NCBI GenBank assembly: GCA_043807135.1
Contig: JAZDGF010000008.1
Location: 1-48,526, forward strand
Source: Candidatus Levyibacteriota bacterium
Lineage (GTDB): Bacteria > Patescibacteriota > Microgenomatia > Levybacterales > UBA12049
Direction: 5' to 3'
DNA length: 48,526 bases
Position 1 is the stretch's first letter, and each line of letters opens with the position of its first letter. This document shows positions 16,664 through 26,530 of this stretch, piece by piece. The translations under genes were made by a program, and so were the position numbers. The notes beneath the pieces are model-generated. The model saw nothing but the letters and a program-made list of their open reading frames with translations. It was not told the DNA's origin and did not search any database.

Positions 16664-18373
16664 TTAACTTTTACATGCCTCAATAAAAGTAATAAAAATT
16701 GGGTGCGGTTTTAATGGTCTGCTTTTATATTCAGGATGTCCTTGTGTTCCCATATAAAAAGGGTGAATAGTATCAGAAAGTTCGATAATTTCTACTAAAT
16801 TTTCTCTTGCTGATCTTGCTGAGATTATCAAACCTTTCTTTTCCATGTCTTTTGCATATTTGTTATTAAATTCATATCTATGTCTGTGTCTTTCACTAGT
16901 TAATCCTTTGTGCTTGTCAATAAAACCATCGTATTTCTCATAGATTAAATACGCTTTAGTACCTTTCTTTACTTTTGCATCCCATGCTCCAAGACGCATT
17001 GTCCCTCCATATGCTCTTCTTACCATATGTTCTTTTTGGGATTCAATAATATGAATTATTTTATGCTTTGTATTTTTATTATTTTCTTCAGTATTTGCAT
17101 CAGATAAATTAAGTATGTCTCTTGCAAATGCAACTGCAGCAAGTTGCATTCCATAACAAAGTCCTAAATATGGAATATTCTTTTTTCTCGCATAACTTGC
17201 AACGTTAATCATTCCTTCCGCCCCTCTTATTCCCCAACCAATTGGCACAATTATTCCGTCAGGATCCCCTATTACTTTTTGAATAACATTTAAAACTTCT
17301 TTCTCATTTTTTAAATTCTTAACTGCTAGCTCAATTTTCTCTGCATCAATCCAGCGAGTTTTAAGATTAACTTTGACTTTCCAACTTGCATGATCAATCG
17401 CATCAAAAAGTGCCGCATATGAATCTTTAAGCTGATATTCTCCAGTTCCGAAATACTTACCAACAATAGCTATTTCAATACTTTTACCTTTTTTCTTTTC
17501 CTTAATTACTTTTGTTAGTTCTTTCCAGCTTTTAAGATTTGGTTTTCTAACAGAAAGTCCTAATTTTATTAATATGTTCGAATCCAAATTCTGATCATGG
17601 AGTACAAGCGGTATTTCATAAACTGAAGGTAAATCAGGACTTGAGACTATACCATCTTTATGAAGATTACAAAATAATGCTAATCTGTCTTTTCTTCTTT
17701 CATCTAGGAACTTGTCTGATCTTGCAACAATAAAATTGGGCTGTATACCCATTTCATTTAATATTTTTACAGAAAGTTGTGTTGGTTTTGTTTTAGGTTC
17801 TCCTAAATGCTTTGGTGTTGGAACATAACTTACATGAATATGAATAACATCATCCGGCTTTTTTAAGGCAAGCATACGAGCTGCTTCATAATACAAAGCG
17901 TTTTGATATTCACCTGCTGTTCCACCAAGCTCAATTATCACGATCTCTGCCTTTTTCTTTTTCCCTAAATCATTAATCCTTTTTATTATTTCATTTGTAA
18001 TATCAGGAATTGCTTCAACGTCTTCACCTTTATATTCAAATCTTCTTTCTTTATCTATTACTGTTTGATAAATTCTACCCATAGTAACGAAGTTATTTCT
18101 GCACATGTCTTCATCCAGAAATTTTTCATAGGTTCCTATGTCCATATCCGCTTCAGTTCCGTCTTCACATAAAAAGGGATCTCCATGCTCAATTGGGTTA
18201 ATTGTTCCAGCATCAAGATTTAAATAATTTTCAAATTTCATCGGGGTTATTTTATACCCTGCAGATTTAAGTAGAAACGCGATTGAAGCGACTGTTACAC
18301 CTTTTCCTATCCCAGAGATAACTCCTCCAGAAACAAAAATATACTTTAATGGTTTTTTATGACTATCGGGCAC
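16664..18373 (-). CDS. pyrG: CTP synthase
   Basis: GGVISGIGKG, KTKPTQ, GLCYG, ERHRHRYE, HPE. Confidence 0.97.
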   Translation of the reverse strand: MPDSHKKPLKYIFVSGGVISGIGKGVTVASIAFLLKSAGYKITPMKFENYLNLDAGTINPIEHGDPFLCEDGTEADMDIGTYEKFLDEDMCRNNFVTMGRIYQTVIDKERRFEYKGEDVEAIPDITNEIIKRINDLGKKKKAEIVIIELGGTAGEYQNALYYEAARMLALKKPDDVIHIHVSYVPTPKHLGEPKTKPTQLSVKILNEMGIQPNFIVARSDKFLDERRKDRLALFCNLHKDGIVSSPDLPSVYEIPLVLHDQNLDSNILIKLGLSVRKPNLKSWKELTKVIKEKKKGKSIEIAIVGKYFGTGEYQLKDSYAALFDAIDHASWKVKVNLKTRWIDAEKIELAVKNLKNEKEVLNVIQKVIGDPDGIIVPIGWGIRGAEGMINVASYARKKNIPYLGLCYGMQLAAVAFARDILNLSDANTEENNKNTKHKIIHIIESQKEHMVRRAYGGTMRLGAWDAKVKKGTKAYLIYEKYDGFIDKHKGLTSERHRHRYEFNNKYAKDMEKKGLIISARSARENLVEIIELSDTIHPFYMGTQGHPEYKSRPLKPHPIFITFIEACKS

Positions 18374-18378
18374 GACTT

Positions 18379-18407
18379 ATATTACCAAAAACGATGAATT
18401 ACGTCAA
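18379..18407 (-). promoter_or_regulatory. pyrG promoter (near-leaderless)
   Basis: TTGACG-N17-TAATAT ending 5 nt before the GTG start. Confidence 0.6.
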
Positions 18408-18438
18408 CTTTCAAGTTCTTTTTCAATTTCTATTTTTG

Positions 18439-18624
18439 TTACTTTAATATTCCTTTTTGTTCAGGTTTTAATACTTTTACCTGTCCATCTGATTGAATTA
18501 TTTCTAAAGGAAAGCGTTTGTCATATTCTTTTGCATCAAAAAGCGTCATAACACCACCTGTGTTTTTAATGCTGCTTTCTTCAGGTTGAATTATTTTAGG
18601 TTTTAATTTAAACTCTTCTTCCAT
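18439..18624 (-). CDS. Hypothetical protein (61 aa)
   Basis: ATG 9 nt downstream of tRNA-Gly; no recognised domain. Confidence 0.55.
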   Translation of the reverse strand: MEEEFKLKPKIIQPEESSIKNTGGVMTLFDAKEYDKRFPLEIIQSDGQVKVLKPEQKGILK

Positions 18625-18633
18625 ACTTTCTTG

Positions 18634-18705
18634 AGCGGTGAAAGGGATTCGAACCCTCGACCTCTTCCTTGGGAAGGAAGCATTCTACCACTGAACTATC
18701 ACCGC
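18634..18705 (-). tRNA. tRNA-Gly(CCC)
   Basis: GCGGTGA acceptor, CTTCC-TTCCCAA-GGAAG anticodon arm, GGTTCGAATCC T arm; no encoded CCA. Confidence 0.96.
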
Positions 18706-18753
18706 ATAATAGTATTTTAACATATAGAACTTTCTTGATAATAAAATTGAAGG

Positions 18754-19338
18754 TTATCGAGGAAGATTTAGAACACTACCAGAGTAGATTAAATCAGCAT
18801 TTACTATATTATTTGCTTTTGCAACCTCTACCCATTTATATCCATCACCATATGCTCTAACTGAAATATCCCAAAGATTATCTCCTTCTTGAACCGTATA
18901 TTTATCACCAGTAATTGGTTTTGCGGAGACTATCTCCATTACTGTTTCTTTTTCAGGATTTTTTACTTCAACATCTGGAATTGAAAGCTTTGCTCCAACA
19001 TATATTATCTCTGGATTAGATAAGTTATTTTCTTTTACCAGATCAACCCAGTTATACCCAGATCCATATATTTTTTCAGATATTGACCAAAGGTCATCTC
19101 CCTTTTTTACTTCATATGTCTTTGGTATTGATTTATCTGACTCTGTAGATAATGAATCAATTGATTTAATTGGACTTGTTCCATTTCCTTTCACTAGTGC
19201 AAAAACAACAAAAGTTGCAGCAATTACTACAATTACTCCAACTATTAAACTTGTATAAGATTCTCCTAATTTTAAATTAGAAAAGAAACTATCCTTTTGT
19301 TTTATTTTTACTGTTTGTTTTTTATTTACTTTTGGCAT
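18754..19338 (-). CDS. Membrane-anchored protein with two LysM domains
   Basis: TM helix then YEVKKGDDLWSIS...G and YTVQEGDNLWDIS...G repeats. Confidence 0.92.
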   Translation of the reverse strand: MPKVNKKQTVKIKQKDSFFSNLKLGESYTSLIVGVIVVIAATFVVFALVKGNGTSPIKSIDSLSTESDKSIPKTYEVKKGDDLWSISEKIYGSGYNWVDLVKENNLSNPEIIYVGAKLSIPDVEVKNPEKETVMEIVSAKPITGDKYTVQEGDNLWDISVRAYGDGYKWVEVAKANNIVNADLIYSGSVLNLPR

Positions 19339-19365
19339 TTTTTTACGGGGCAGGAATATTTGCTG

Positions 19366-19439
19366 CGGGACCGACGAGACTCGAACTCGCGACCTCTTCC
19401 GTGACAGGGAAGCGCTCTAGCCGACTGAGCTACGATCCC
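19366..19439 (-). tRNA. tRNA-Asp(GTC)
   Basis: GGGATCG/CGGTCCC acceptor, CTTCC-CTGTCAC-GGAAG anticodon arm, GTTCGAGTC T loop. Confidence 0.96.
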
Positions 19440-19496
19440 AACCATCTGGACAGCGAGGTGGGAATCCTCGTTACTACAAGTCCACGTAGTTTTCGC

Positions 19497-19525
19497 ATAT
19501 TAGCAAATAATTGATATATAGTCAA
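19497..19525 (-). promoter_or_regulatory. Promoter of tRNA-Asp/LysM transcript
   Basis: TTGACT-N17-TAATAT. Confidence 0.65.
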
Positions 19526-19558
19526 TCCTTTGTTAAGATTTGCTTAAGTCTTAATAAT

Positions 19559-21328
19559 ATGTCCAATCAGCAAATAGCAGAACTTCTTAGAAATGTTGCA
19601 GCGGCTTATACAATTAAAAATGAAAGAAAGTACTATTTTCAAATTGTTGCATATCAAAAAGCAGCTGATGCAATTGATAACTCAACTACAGAACTTATAG
19701 ATTTATACAAACAAAATGCGCTTCAAACCCTTTCAGGAGTAGGTCCTTCAATAAAAGCTCACTTGGAGGAATTATTAAAAACAGGTAATGTTACTCAATT
19801 TAAATGGGTATTTAAAGATATTCCTGATTCTGTTTTTCCGCTTCTTAAAATCCCTTCTTTTGGCCCCAAGAAAGCATCTAGCATTGTTAGAATATTTCAT
19901 TTTAAAAACCCAAGATCTGTTATTGAAGATTTAGAAAAAACAGCAAAACAAGGAAAAATTGCTCCACTTGCAGGCTTTGGGGAGAAATCTGAAAAGAATA
20001 TTATTCGTTCAATTAGTGAATTTAAGCTTGGAAAAACAAAACTAAAACGCATGACACTTCCTTATGCAACAGATCTAGCTGAAAAACTTGTAAATTATCT
20101 TAAAAAATCTAAATACATAGAACAGGTTGAAACACTAGGAAGTCTTAGGAGAAAATCCTCAACTATTGGCGATATAGATATTGCTGTAGCTACCAATAAT
20201 CCTAAAGAAGTAATTAAATACTTTGTTAAATATCCTTTTATAGAAAGGGTTGTTGAAAAAGGAGACATATCTTCTTCTATTTTAGTTTCTGGAGGACATC
20301 AAATTGACCTTATGACACAATCCTCTGACGCGTTTGGTTCTCTTCTGCAGCATTTTACCGGAAGCAAGGCACATAATATCCATTTAAGAGAATACGCTCT
20401 TAAAAAGGGCTTATCTCTCTCTGAATATGGGATAAAAAACTCAAATACTTTAAACGCAAAATTACAGAAATATAAAACTGAAAAAGAATTTTATAACGCA
20501 GTCGGAATGAACTTTATCCCACCTGAATTGCGAGAAGATAATGGTGAAATTGAACTTGCAATTGGAAATGAACTTCCAAAATTAGTTGAACTATCAGATA
20601 TAAAAGGAGATTTGCATATTCATTCAGATTTTCCTATAGAACCAAGTCATGATTTAGGAAAAAGCTCAATAAATGAGTTACTTAATAAAGCCAAAGAGCT
20701 AAATTATGAATATTTAGCATTTTCGGAACATAATCCAAGCATGTCAAGACATAATGAGAAACAAATTAAGAAAATACTTGAAAAAAGAGACAAAAAACTT
20801 GAAAAATTAAAATCAAGTAATAAAACTGTTCGAATAATTAAATTGCTCGAAGTGGATATTTTACCTTCAGGAAAGCTTGCAGTTAATGATAATTCTCTAA
20901 AACTTCTTGATGGAGTAATCGTTTCAATACACAGCTCTTTTTCAATGAATATTGAAAAAATGACCAAAAGAGTGCTCACGGGATTGTCACATCCTAGAGC
21001 AAAAATTCTTGGTCATCCTACTGGAAGACTTATAAACGAAAGACTTGGGTTTGATTTAGAATGGGATAAAATTTTTGAATTTTGTATAAAGAACAACAAA
21101 GCACTTGAAATAAACAGTTGGCCCAACAGGCTTGATCTTCCTGACACCTTAGTTAGAAAAGCAGTACAAGCGGGAGTAAAATTAGTAATAAACAGTGATA
21201 GTCATGCAGCTTACCAAATGAATTTAATAAAACATGGTGTTTCTGTTGCAAGAAGAGGTTGGGCAAAAAAGAGTGACATATTAAACACTTTGCCGTATAA
21301 TGATTTTAGAGATTGGTTAAGCTCATAA
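19559..21328 (+). CDS. polX: Family X DNA polymerase with C-terminal PHP domain
   Basis: GSLRR, GDIDI, LQHFTGS, PPELRE; PHP DLHIHS, HPTGR, NSDSH; start placed at ATG 19559. Confidence 0.93.
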   Translation: MSNQQIAELLRNVAAAYTIKNERKYYFQIVAYQKAADAIDNSTTELIDLYKQNALQTLSGVGPSIKAHLEELLKTGNVTQFKWVFKDIPDSVFPLLKIPSFGPKKASSIVRIFHFKNPRSVIEDLEKTAKQGKIAPLAGFGEKSEKNIIRSISEFKLGKTKLKRMTLPYATDLAEKLVNYLKKSKYIEQVETLGSLRRKSSTIGDIDIAVATNNPKEVIKYFVKYPFIERVVEKGDISSSILVSGGHQIDLMTQSSDAFGSLLQHFTGSKAHNIHLREYALKKGLSLSEYGIKNSNTLNAKLQKYKTEKEFYNAVGMNFIPPELREDNGEIELAIGNELPKLVELSDIKGDLHIHSDFPIEPSHDLGKSSINELLNKAKELNYEYLAFSEHNPSMSRHNEKQIKKILEKRDKKLEKLKSSNKTVRIIKLLEVDILPSGKLAVNDNSLKLLDGVIVSIHSSFSMNIEKMTKRVLTGLSHPRAKILGHPTGRLINERLGFDLEWDKIFEFCIKNNKALEINSWPNRLDLPDTLVRKAVQAGVKLVINSDSHAAYQMNLIKHGVSVARRGWAKKSDILNTLPYNDFRDWLSS

Positions 21329-21343
21329 AGGGAGGTGATATCT

Positions 21344-21886
21344 ATGATTATTACATTAGTAATAGTTGCAGCAATTCTTATATATATTTGGTTTATTTAT
21401 AACGGTCTAATCACTCTTAAAATGAGAGTTTCTGAGGCTTTTTCTCAGATTGACGTGCAACTTAAAAGAAGAACAGACTTAATTCCAAATCTTATTGAAA
21501 CAGTAAAAGGATATGCAAAACATGAAAAAGATTTGTTTGAAAAAATAACAAAAGAAAGAGCAAGTCTTATGTCTGCAAAAGGAGTTGAAGAAAAGGCAAA
21601 GGTAAATAATCAATTAACGGATACTTTGAAATCCTTATTTGCAGTTGCAGAAAACTACCCAACCTTAAGAGCAACTGAAAATTTTAAACAACTACAGGAT
21701 GAACTTTCTGATACTGAAAACAAGATCGCTTACTCAAGACAGTTTTATAACAGCAATGTTATGGAGTTTAATACTAAGATTAAAATATTTCCAAATGTAC
21801 TTTTTGCAAACTTGTTAAAGTTTAAGGAAGCAGAATTTTTTGCCGCAAATGAAGCAGAGAAAAAACCTGTAAAAGTTTCGTTCTAG
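21344..21886 (+). CDS. lemA: LemA family protein
   Basis: [26 protein letters not shown]; GGAGGTG SD before ATG 21344. Confidence 0.95.
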   Translation: MIITLVIVAAILIYIWFIYNGLITLKMRVSEAFSQIDVQLKRRTDLIPNLIETVKGYAKHEKDLFEKITKERASLMSAKGVEEKAKVNNQLTDTLKSLFAVAENYPTLRATENFKQLQDELSDTENKIAYSRQFYNSNVMEFNTKIKIFPNVLFANLLKFKEAEFFAANEAEKKPVKVSF

Positions 21887-21887
21887 T

Positions 21888-22793
21888 ATGGAAATTTACT
21901 CTTCTATATCTGCCAATAAAACAAAAACTTGGCTAATTATGATATTGTTTGTTGTTTTTTCAACAACAATAATTTATTTATTTGGTAAAGCTCTAGGATA
22001 TAGCCCTGTTTTTTTAATTGGATTTGCGTTAATCTTTGCAGGAATAACAAGTCTTGGAAGCTATTTTTATTCAGATAAACTTGTTTTAGCTTCAACGGGA
22101 GCTAAGTTAATTAAAAAAAATGACAATCCGGTTTTATACAGAATAGTTGAAAATCTTGCAATTGGTAACGGAACTCCTCCTCCTAGGATTTATATCATGA
22201 ATGAACCGTCTCCTAATGCATTTGCCACGGGGAGAGATCCGAAACATGCTGTAATATGTGTCACAACTGGTTTACTAGCTAAATTAAATAAAGTTGAACT
22301 TGAAGGGGTAATTGCACATGAACTATCACACATCAAAAACTATGACACAAGGCTTATGGCAATTGTAGCTATATTAGTTGGTTTTATTGCGATTTTTGCA
22401 GACTTTTTTATGAGAACACTATGGCTTAGAAGCTTTTCAGGCAGAAGTAGTAGAGGTTCTGGAAATATTCAGTTAATTTTTCTTGGAATAGGAATAGCTT
22501 TAGCAATCCTATCCCCTATTATTGCAGTCTTAATTCAACTAGCTCTTTCACGGAAAAGAGAATTATTAGCTGACGCCTCAGCATCACTTCTTACAAGATA
22601 TCCTGAAGGACTTGCCAGTGCGCTTGAAAAAATTTCATCTGATAAGAATTCAATTAAATCTGTAAATAATGCAACTGCTCAACTTTTTATTGTAAATCCT
22701 TTTAAGGGAAAATCTGGAAAAGCTTTCCTATCCTCTCTTTTTAATACTCACCCTCCAGTTGAAGAAAGGCTAAAAATACTTCGCTCAATGTAA
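21888..22793 (+). CDS. htpX: M48 family zinc metalloprotease HtpX
   Basis: PNAFATG, AHELSH, SRKRELLAD, THPP. Confidence 0.93.
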   Translation: MEIYSSISANKTKTWLIMILFVVFSTTIIYLFGKALGYSPVFLIGFALIFAGITSLGSYFYSDKLVLASTGAKLIKKNDNPVLYRIVENLAIGNGTPPPRIYIMNEPSPNAFATGRDPKHAVICVTTGLLAKLNKVELEGVIAHELSHIKNYDTRLMAIVAILVGFIAIFADFFMRTLWLRSFSGRSSRGSGNIQLIFLGIGIALAILSPIIAVLIQLALSRKRELLADASASLLTRYPEGLASALEKISSDKNSIKSVNNATAQLFIVNPFKGKSGKAFLSSLFNTHPPVEERLKILRSM

Positions 22794-22795
22794 TT

Positions 22796-24082
22796 ATGAA
22801 TCTATTCTTAATATATTTAGGAAAAACTCTATCTTATATTAGTAAGTTAATTAACGTCGGCAGTGGATCAACCTGGCCTGGACATATTGCGCTTAAAATA
22901 AACAATAACTTTATTGAAAGTATTTTTAAAAAATCAAAAACTAAAATTATTCTAGTCGCAGGAACTAATGGAAAAACTACTACATCAAAACTTATTAAAG
23001 CGATTCTTGAAAAAGACGGCAGAACAGTTTTTCAAAATGTTTCTGGTGCAAATTTATTAAACGGGATTGCCTCTTCCTTAATTCATGAATCAAACTTAAG
23101 CGGAAAACTAAACAGCGAATTTGCAATATTTGAAATTGATGAAAATATATTACCTTTAATACTTAAGCTTCTTAACCCAGATTATATTGTTTGTTTAAAC
23201 TTATTTAGAGATCAACTCGATCGATACGGAGAAATAAATTCTATCGCAGAAAATTGGAAAATAGCTTTAAATAAACCTTACTTAAAAGCAACATTAATTT
23301 TAAACGCAGACGATCCTACAATAGCTTATCTAGGAAAAACAGTAGTTAGAAAAGTAAAATATTTTGGAATTAATGATAAAACAATTTCAATAAATAGTTT
23401 TCAAAATGCAGCTGACTCAGTTTTTTGCTTAAATTGTAAATCACGGCTTAGCTACAAAGAAACATACTTTTCACATCTTGGGAATTGGGAATGCTTAAAT
23501 TGTAAATATAAAAGGCCAAATATAACTCTCTCTAAATCAAATCTCTATCCTCTACTAGGCGTATATAATAGATATAATACCCTTGCCGCATTTCTTCTAA
23601 CAAGAGAGATAGGAATTCCTGACAAACTAATCTTAAAAGCTCTTAAACAGTTTAAACCGGCATTTGGAAGGCAAGAAATAATTACCGTTAAAAACAAGAA
23701 AGTGCAGATTTTTTTAGCTAAAAACCCTACTAGTTTTAACGAGTCACTAAGAACTGTTAATGATTTAAAAGGAAAAAATCTACTTTTAGTTTTAAATGAC
23801 AATATCCCCGATGGACAAGATATCTCCTGGATCTGGGATATAAATATGGAAAATTTAATCAAAAACTACCATAACGTAACTATTAGCGGATTAAGAGTTT
23901 ATGATTTAGCTCTCAGAATAAAATACAGTGATAAAAAGAAATTTAACATTGAAACAAATCTTAAAAAAGCTATTTTCTCTGCTCTTAAAACAACAACAAA
24001 TGAAGAAACTCTATACATACTGCCAACTTATTCGGCAATGCTTGATATAAGAAAAATATTAACCGGGAAAAAGATTTTATAA
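22796..24082 (+). CDS. murT: Lipid II isoglutaminyl synthase, Mur ligase subunit
   Basis: GTNGKTT, LFRDQLDRYGE, CxxC/CxxC Zn site, KNP, DGQDISWIWD, PTYSAML. Confidence 0.92.
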   Translation: MNLFLIYLGKTLSYISKLINVGSGSTWPGHIALKINNNFIESIFKKSKTKIILVAGTNGKTTTSKLIKAILEKDGRTVFQNVSGANLLNGIASSLIHESNLSGKLNSEFAIFEIDENILPLILKLLNPDYIVCLNLFRDQLDRYGEINSIAENWKIALNKPYLKATLILNADDPTIAYLGKTVVRKVKYFGINDKTISINSFQNAADSVFCLNCKSRLSYKETYFSHLGNWECLNCKYKRPNITLSKSNLYPLLGVYNRYNTLAAFLLTREIGIPDKLILKALKQFKPAFGRQEIITVKNKKVQIFLAKNPTSFNESLRTVNDLKGKNLLLVLNDNIPDGQDISWIWDINMENLIKNYHNVTISGLRVYDLALRIKYSDKKKFNIETNLKKAIFSALKTTTNEETLYILPTYSAMLDIRKILTGKKIL

Positions 24083-24084
24083 CT

Positions 24085-24837
24085 ATGAAATATAAACTAA
24101 CTATTGGTTGGCTTTATCCAGAATTAATGAGTACTTATGGAGACCGGGGAAACATAATTTCTCTCACTAAAAGATGTGCATGGAGAAACATAGATACTAA
24201 TTTAATTTACCTGGATGTAGGATTTAATAAAAACGATCTTAATAAATGTGACCTTTTGTTTATGGGAGGAGCTCAAGATAGACAGCAGGAAATTGTTGTA
24301 AATGATCTAAGAGAAAAAAGTAGCATTCTTTTAAAGCTTATTAAAAACGGAATTCCAGGACTATACATTTGTGGAGCCTATCAATTTTTAGGTAAATATT
24401 ATAAAGACGCCGAGGGAAAAATTATTAAGGGGCTTGGAATCATAAATGTTCATACTCAGAACCCTGGAGAAAAAAGATTAATCGGAGATATAATCATAAA
24501 ACCCGAATTAGAGGATTTAAAAAGTTTAACATTTGTAGGATTTGAAAACCACGGCGGAAGAACATATTTAGGAAAAAACGTTCTGCCGTTTGGAAAAGTA
24601 ATTACAGGATTTGGAAATAATGGAAATGACAAAACTGAAGGAGCTATATATAAAAATTGTATTTGCACATATCTTCACGGCCCTATTTTGCCAAAAAATC
24701 CAGAGCTATCAGATTATCTAATAAAAACTGCAATTAGAAAAAAATATAAAAAATATATTTTACTTGAAAATTTAGACGATAATTTGGAAGAAAAGGCAAG
24801 AGAAACAATTGCCAAAAGACTTAAGGTTAAAGTATAA
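24085..24837 (+). CDS. gatD: Lipid II isoglutaminyl synthase, glutaminase subunit (CobQ-like)
   Basis: YGDRGN, GGAQD, ICGAYQ, GFENH, YLHGP. Confidence 0.92.
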   Translation: MKYKLTIGWLYPELMSTYGDRGNIISLTKRCAWRNIDTNLIYLDVGFNKNDLNKCDLLFMGGAQDRQQEIVVNDLREKSSILLKLIKNGIPGLYICGAYQFLGKYYKDAEGKIIKGLGIINVHTQNPGEKRLIGDIIIKPELEDLKSLTFVGFENHGGRTYLGKNVLPFGKVITGFGNNGNDKTEGAIYKNCICTYLHGPILPKNPELSDYLIKTAIRKKYKKYILLENLDDNLEEKARETIAKRLKVKV

Positions 24838-24845
24838 TATTTGAG

Positions 24846-25124
24846 ATGAAAATTAACATTTCTTACGTTGCAAAACTAGCTAATTTAAAAATAGAAAAAA
24901 ACAAAGAGAAAGCTCTTGAAAAACAACTTTCCTCTATTCTTACTTACATTGAAAAATTAAAAAAGTTAAATACTTCAAAAACAGAAGAGACCAGCCAAGT
25001 TACTAACCTTGAAAACATCACCAGAGAAGATGCTGTAAAACCATCCTTATCTCAAAAAGACGCAATTTCTAACTCAAAATCAACCCATAATGGGTTATTT
25101 AAAGTCAAAGGAATATTAGAATGA
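24846..25124 (+). CDS. gatC: Asp/Glu-tRNA amidotransferase subunit C
   Basis: VAKLANL, REDAV, FKV; precedes gatA. Confidence 0.9.
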   Translation: MKINISYVAKLANLKIEKNKEKALEKQLSSILTYIEKLKKLNTSKTEETSQVTNLENITREDAVKPSLSQKDAISNSKSTHNGLFKVKGILE

Positions 25125-26530
25125 ATCTAAATTATCTAACAATTAAGGAAGCAAGAAAAGGACTTAAAAACAAAACCTATTCTTCTGAAGAATTGATAAA
25201 ATCTTGCCTTGAACAAATAAAAAAGCATAATAAAGAGATTAATGCATACATAACCATCCTAGAAGAAGAAGCTTTAATAGAAGCTAGGAAAGCAGACAAA
25301 CTTTTGGCGGGAAATAATATTCTTCCGCTTTTAGGAATTCCAATTGCTCATAAAGATCTCTTTTTAACAAAAGGGGTTAAAACAACAGCAAGTTCAAAAG
25401 TGCTAGAAAATTACATTCCGCAATATGATGCTACTGTTGTGAAAAAGCTTAGAAAAGCAGGTGCAATAACAATTGGAAAACTTAACTGTGATGCATGGGC
25501 ACATGGATCAAGCGGCGAAAACTCAGACTTTAATCCTGTAAAAAATCCCTGGAATAAAAACCATGTACCGGGAGGATCAAGCAGTGGATCGGCAGCAAGT
25601 GTTGCTTGTGATATGTGTTTTGCTTCAACCGGAACTGATACTGGCGGCTCAATAAGACTTCCTGCAAGTTTTTGTAATGTAGTAGGCATAAAACCAACTT
25701 ACGGTAGAGTAAGTAGGTATGGCATAATTGCTATGGCATCTTCCTTTGATTCGATTGGACACTTTACAAAAACAGTAGAGGATAGTGCGCTTCTTCTAAA
25801 TATTACTGCCGGAAAAGACCCAAGTGATGCTACTACCCCGGATAGAAAACCAGACAATTACCTTGAAGATATTAATAAGAATATAAGAGGTATTAAGATT
25901 GGTGTTCCAAAAGAATACTTCTCTAGTGGTATTGATGAGAAAATAAAAGAAAAAATTAATGATGCAATAAATTTTTATGAAAAACAGGGTGCAATGGTTG
26001 AAGAAGTATCACTTCCCAACTCAGAATATGCAATAGCGTGCTACTACATAATTCAACCAGCTGAAGTTTCATCCAATTTAGCAAGATATGACGGAATAAG
26101 GTATGGAGGGAAAAGAAATGATTTCGGCGATGAAGCAAAAAGAAGAATTATGTTGGGAACTTTTACTTTATCAGCTGGATATTATGATGCATATTATAAA
26201 AAAGCCATGCAGGTAAGAACACTTATAAAAAAAGATTTTGAAAATGTCTTTAAAAAGGTGGACGTTTTAGTCTCACCAACCTCTCCATCTCTGCCCTGGA
26301 AACTAGGAGAAAAAACCGGCGATCCTTTAAAAATGTATCTTTCAGATATCTATACTGTTACCGCAAATCTAGCAGGTATTCCTGGACTTTCTATTCCTGC
26401 AGGTTTTGAGAAAGGACTTCCAATTGGAATGCAAATACTTGGTCCACAATTTTCAGAAAAACTTCTATATCAGTTAGGACACGCATTTGAAATTAACCAC
26501 TCTTTTGCTAAAGAAAAACCTAATTTATGA
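25121..26530 (+). CDS. gatA: Asp/Glu-tRNA amidotransferase subunit A
   Basis: Amidase signature PGGSSSGS, GTDTGGSIRLPA, SSNLARYDG. Confidence 0.97.
   Translation: MNLNYLTIKEARKGLKNKTYSSEELIKSCLEQIKKHNKEINAYITILEEEALIEARKADKLLAGNNILPLLGIPIAHKDLFLTKGVKTTASSKVLENYIPQYDATVVKKLRKAGAITIGKLNCDAWAHGSSGENSDFNPVKNPWNKNHVPGGSSSGSAASVACDMCFASTGTDTGGSIRLPASFCNVVGIKPTYGRVSRYGIIAMASSFDSIGHFTKTVEDSALLLNITAGKDPSDATTPDRKPDNYLEDINKNIRGIKIGVPKEYFSSGIDEKIKEKINDAINFYEKQGAMVEEVSLPNSEYAIACYYIIQPAEVSSNLARYDGIRYGGKRNDFGDEAKRRIMLGTFTLSAGYYDAYYKKAMQVRTLIKKDFENVFKKVDVLVSPTSPSLPWKLGEKTGDPLKMYLSDIYTVTANLAGIPGLSIPAGFEKGLPIGMQILGPQFSEKLLYQLGHAFEINHSFAKEKPNL

Noticed and set aside
19434-19490. HDV-like (theta) ribozyme or degenerate tRNA next to tRNA-Asp
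   Set aside because: P1 too short, no P1.1 GG or catalytic C, and it lies 5' rather than 3' of the tRNA; no cloverleaf.
18669-19514. ORF-track + strand ORFs 18669-18860 and 19332-19514
   Set aside because: Antisense to tRNA-Gly, the LysM gene and tRNA-Asp.
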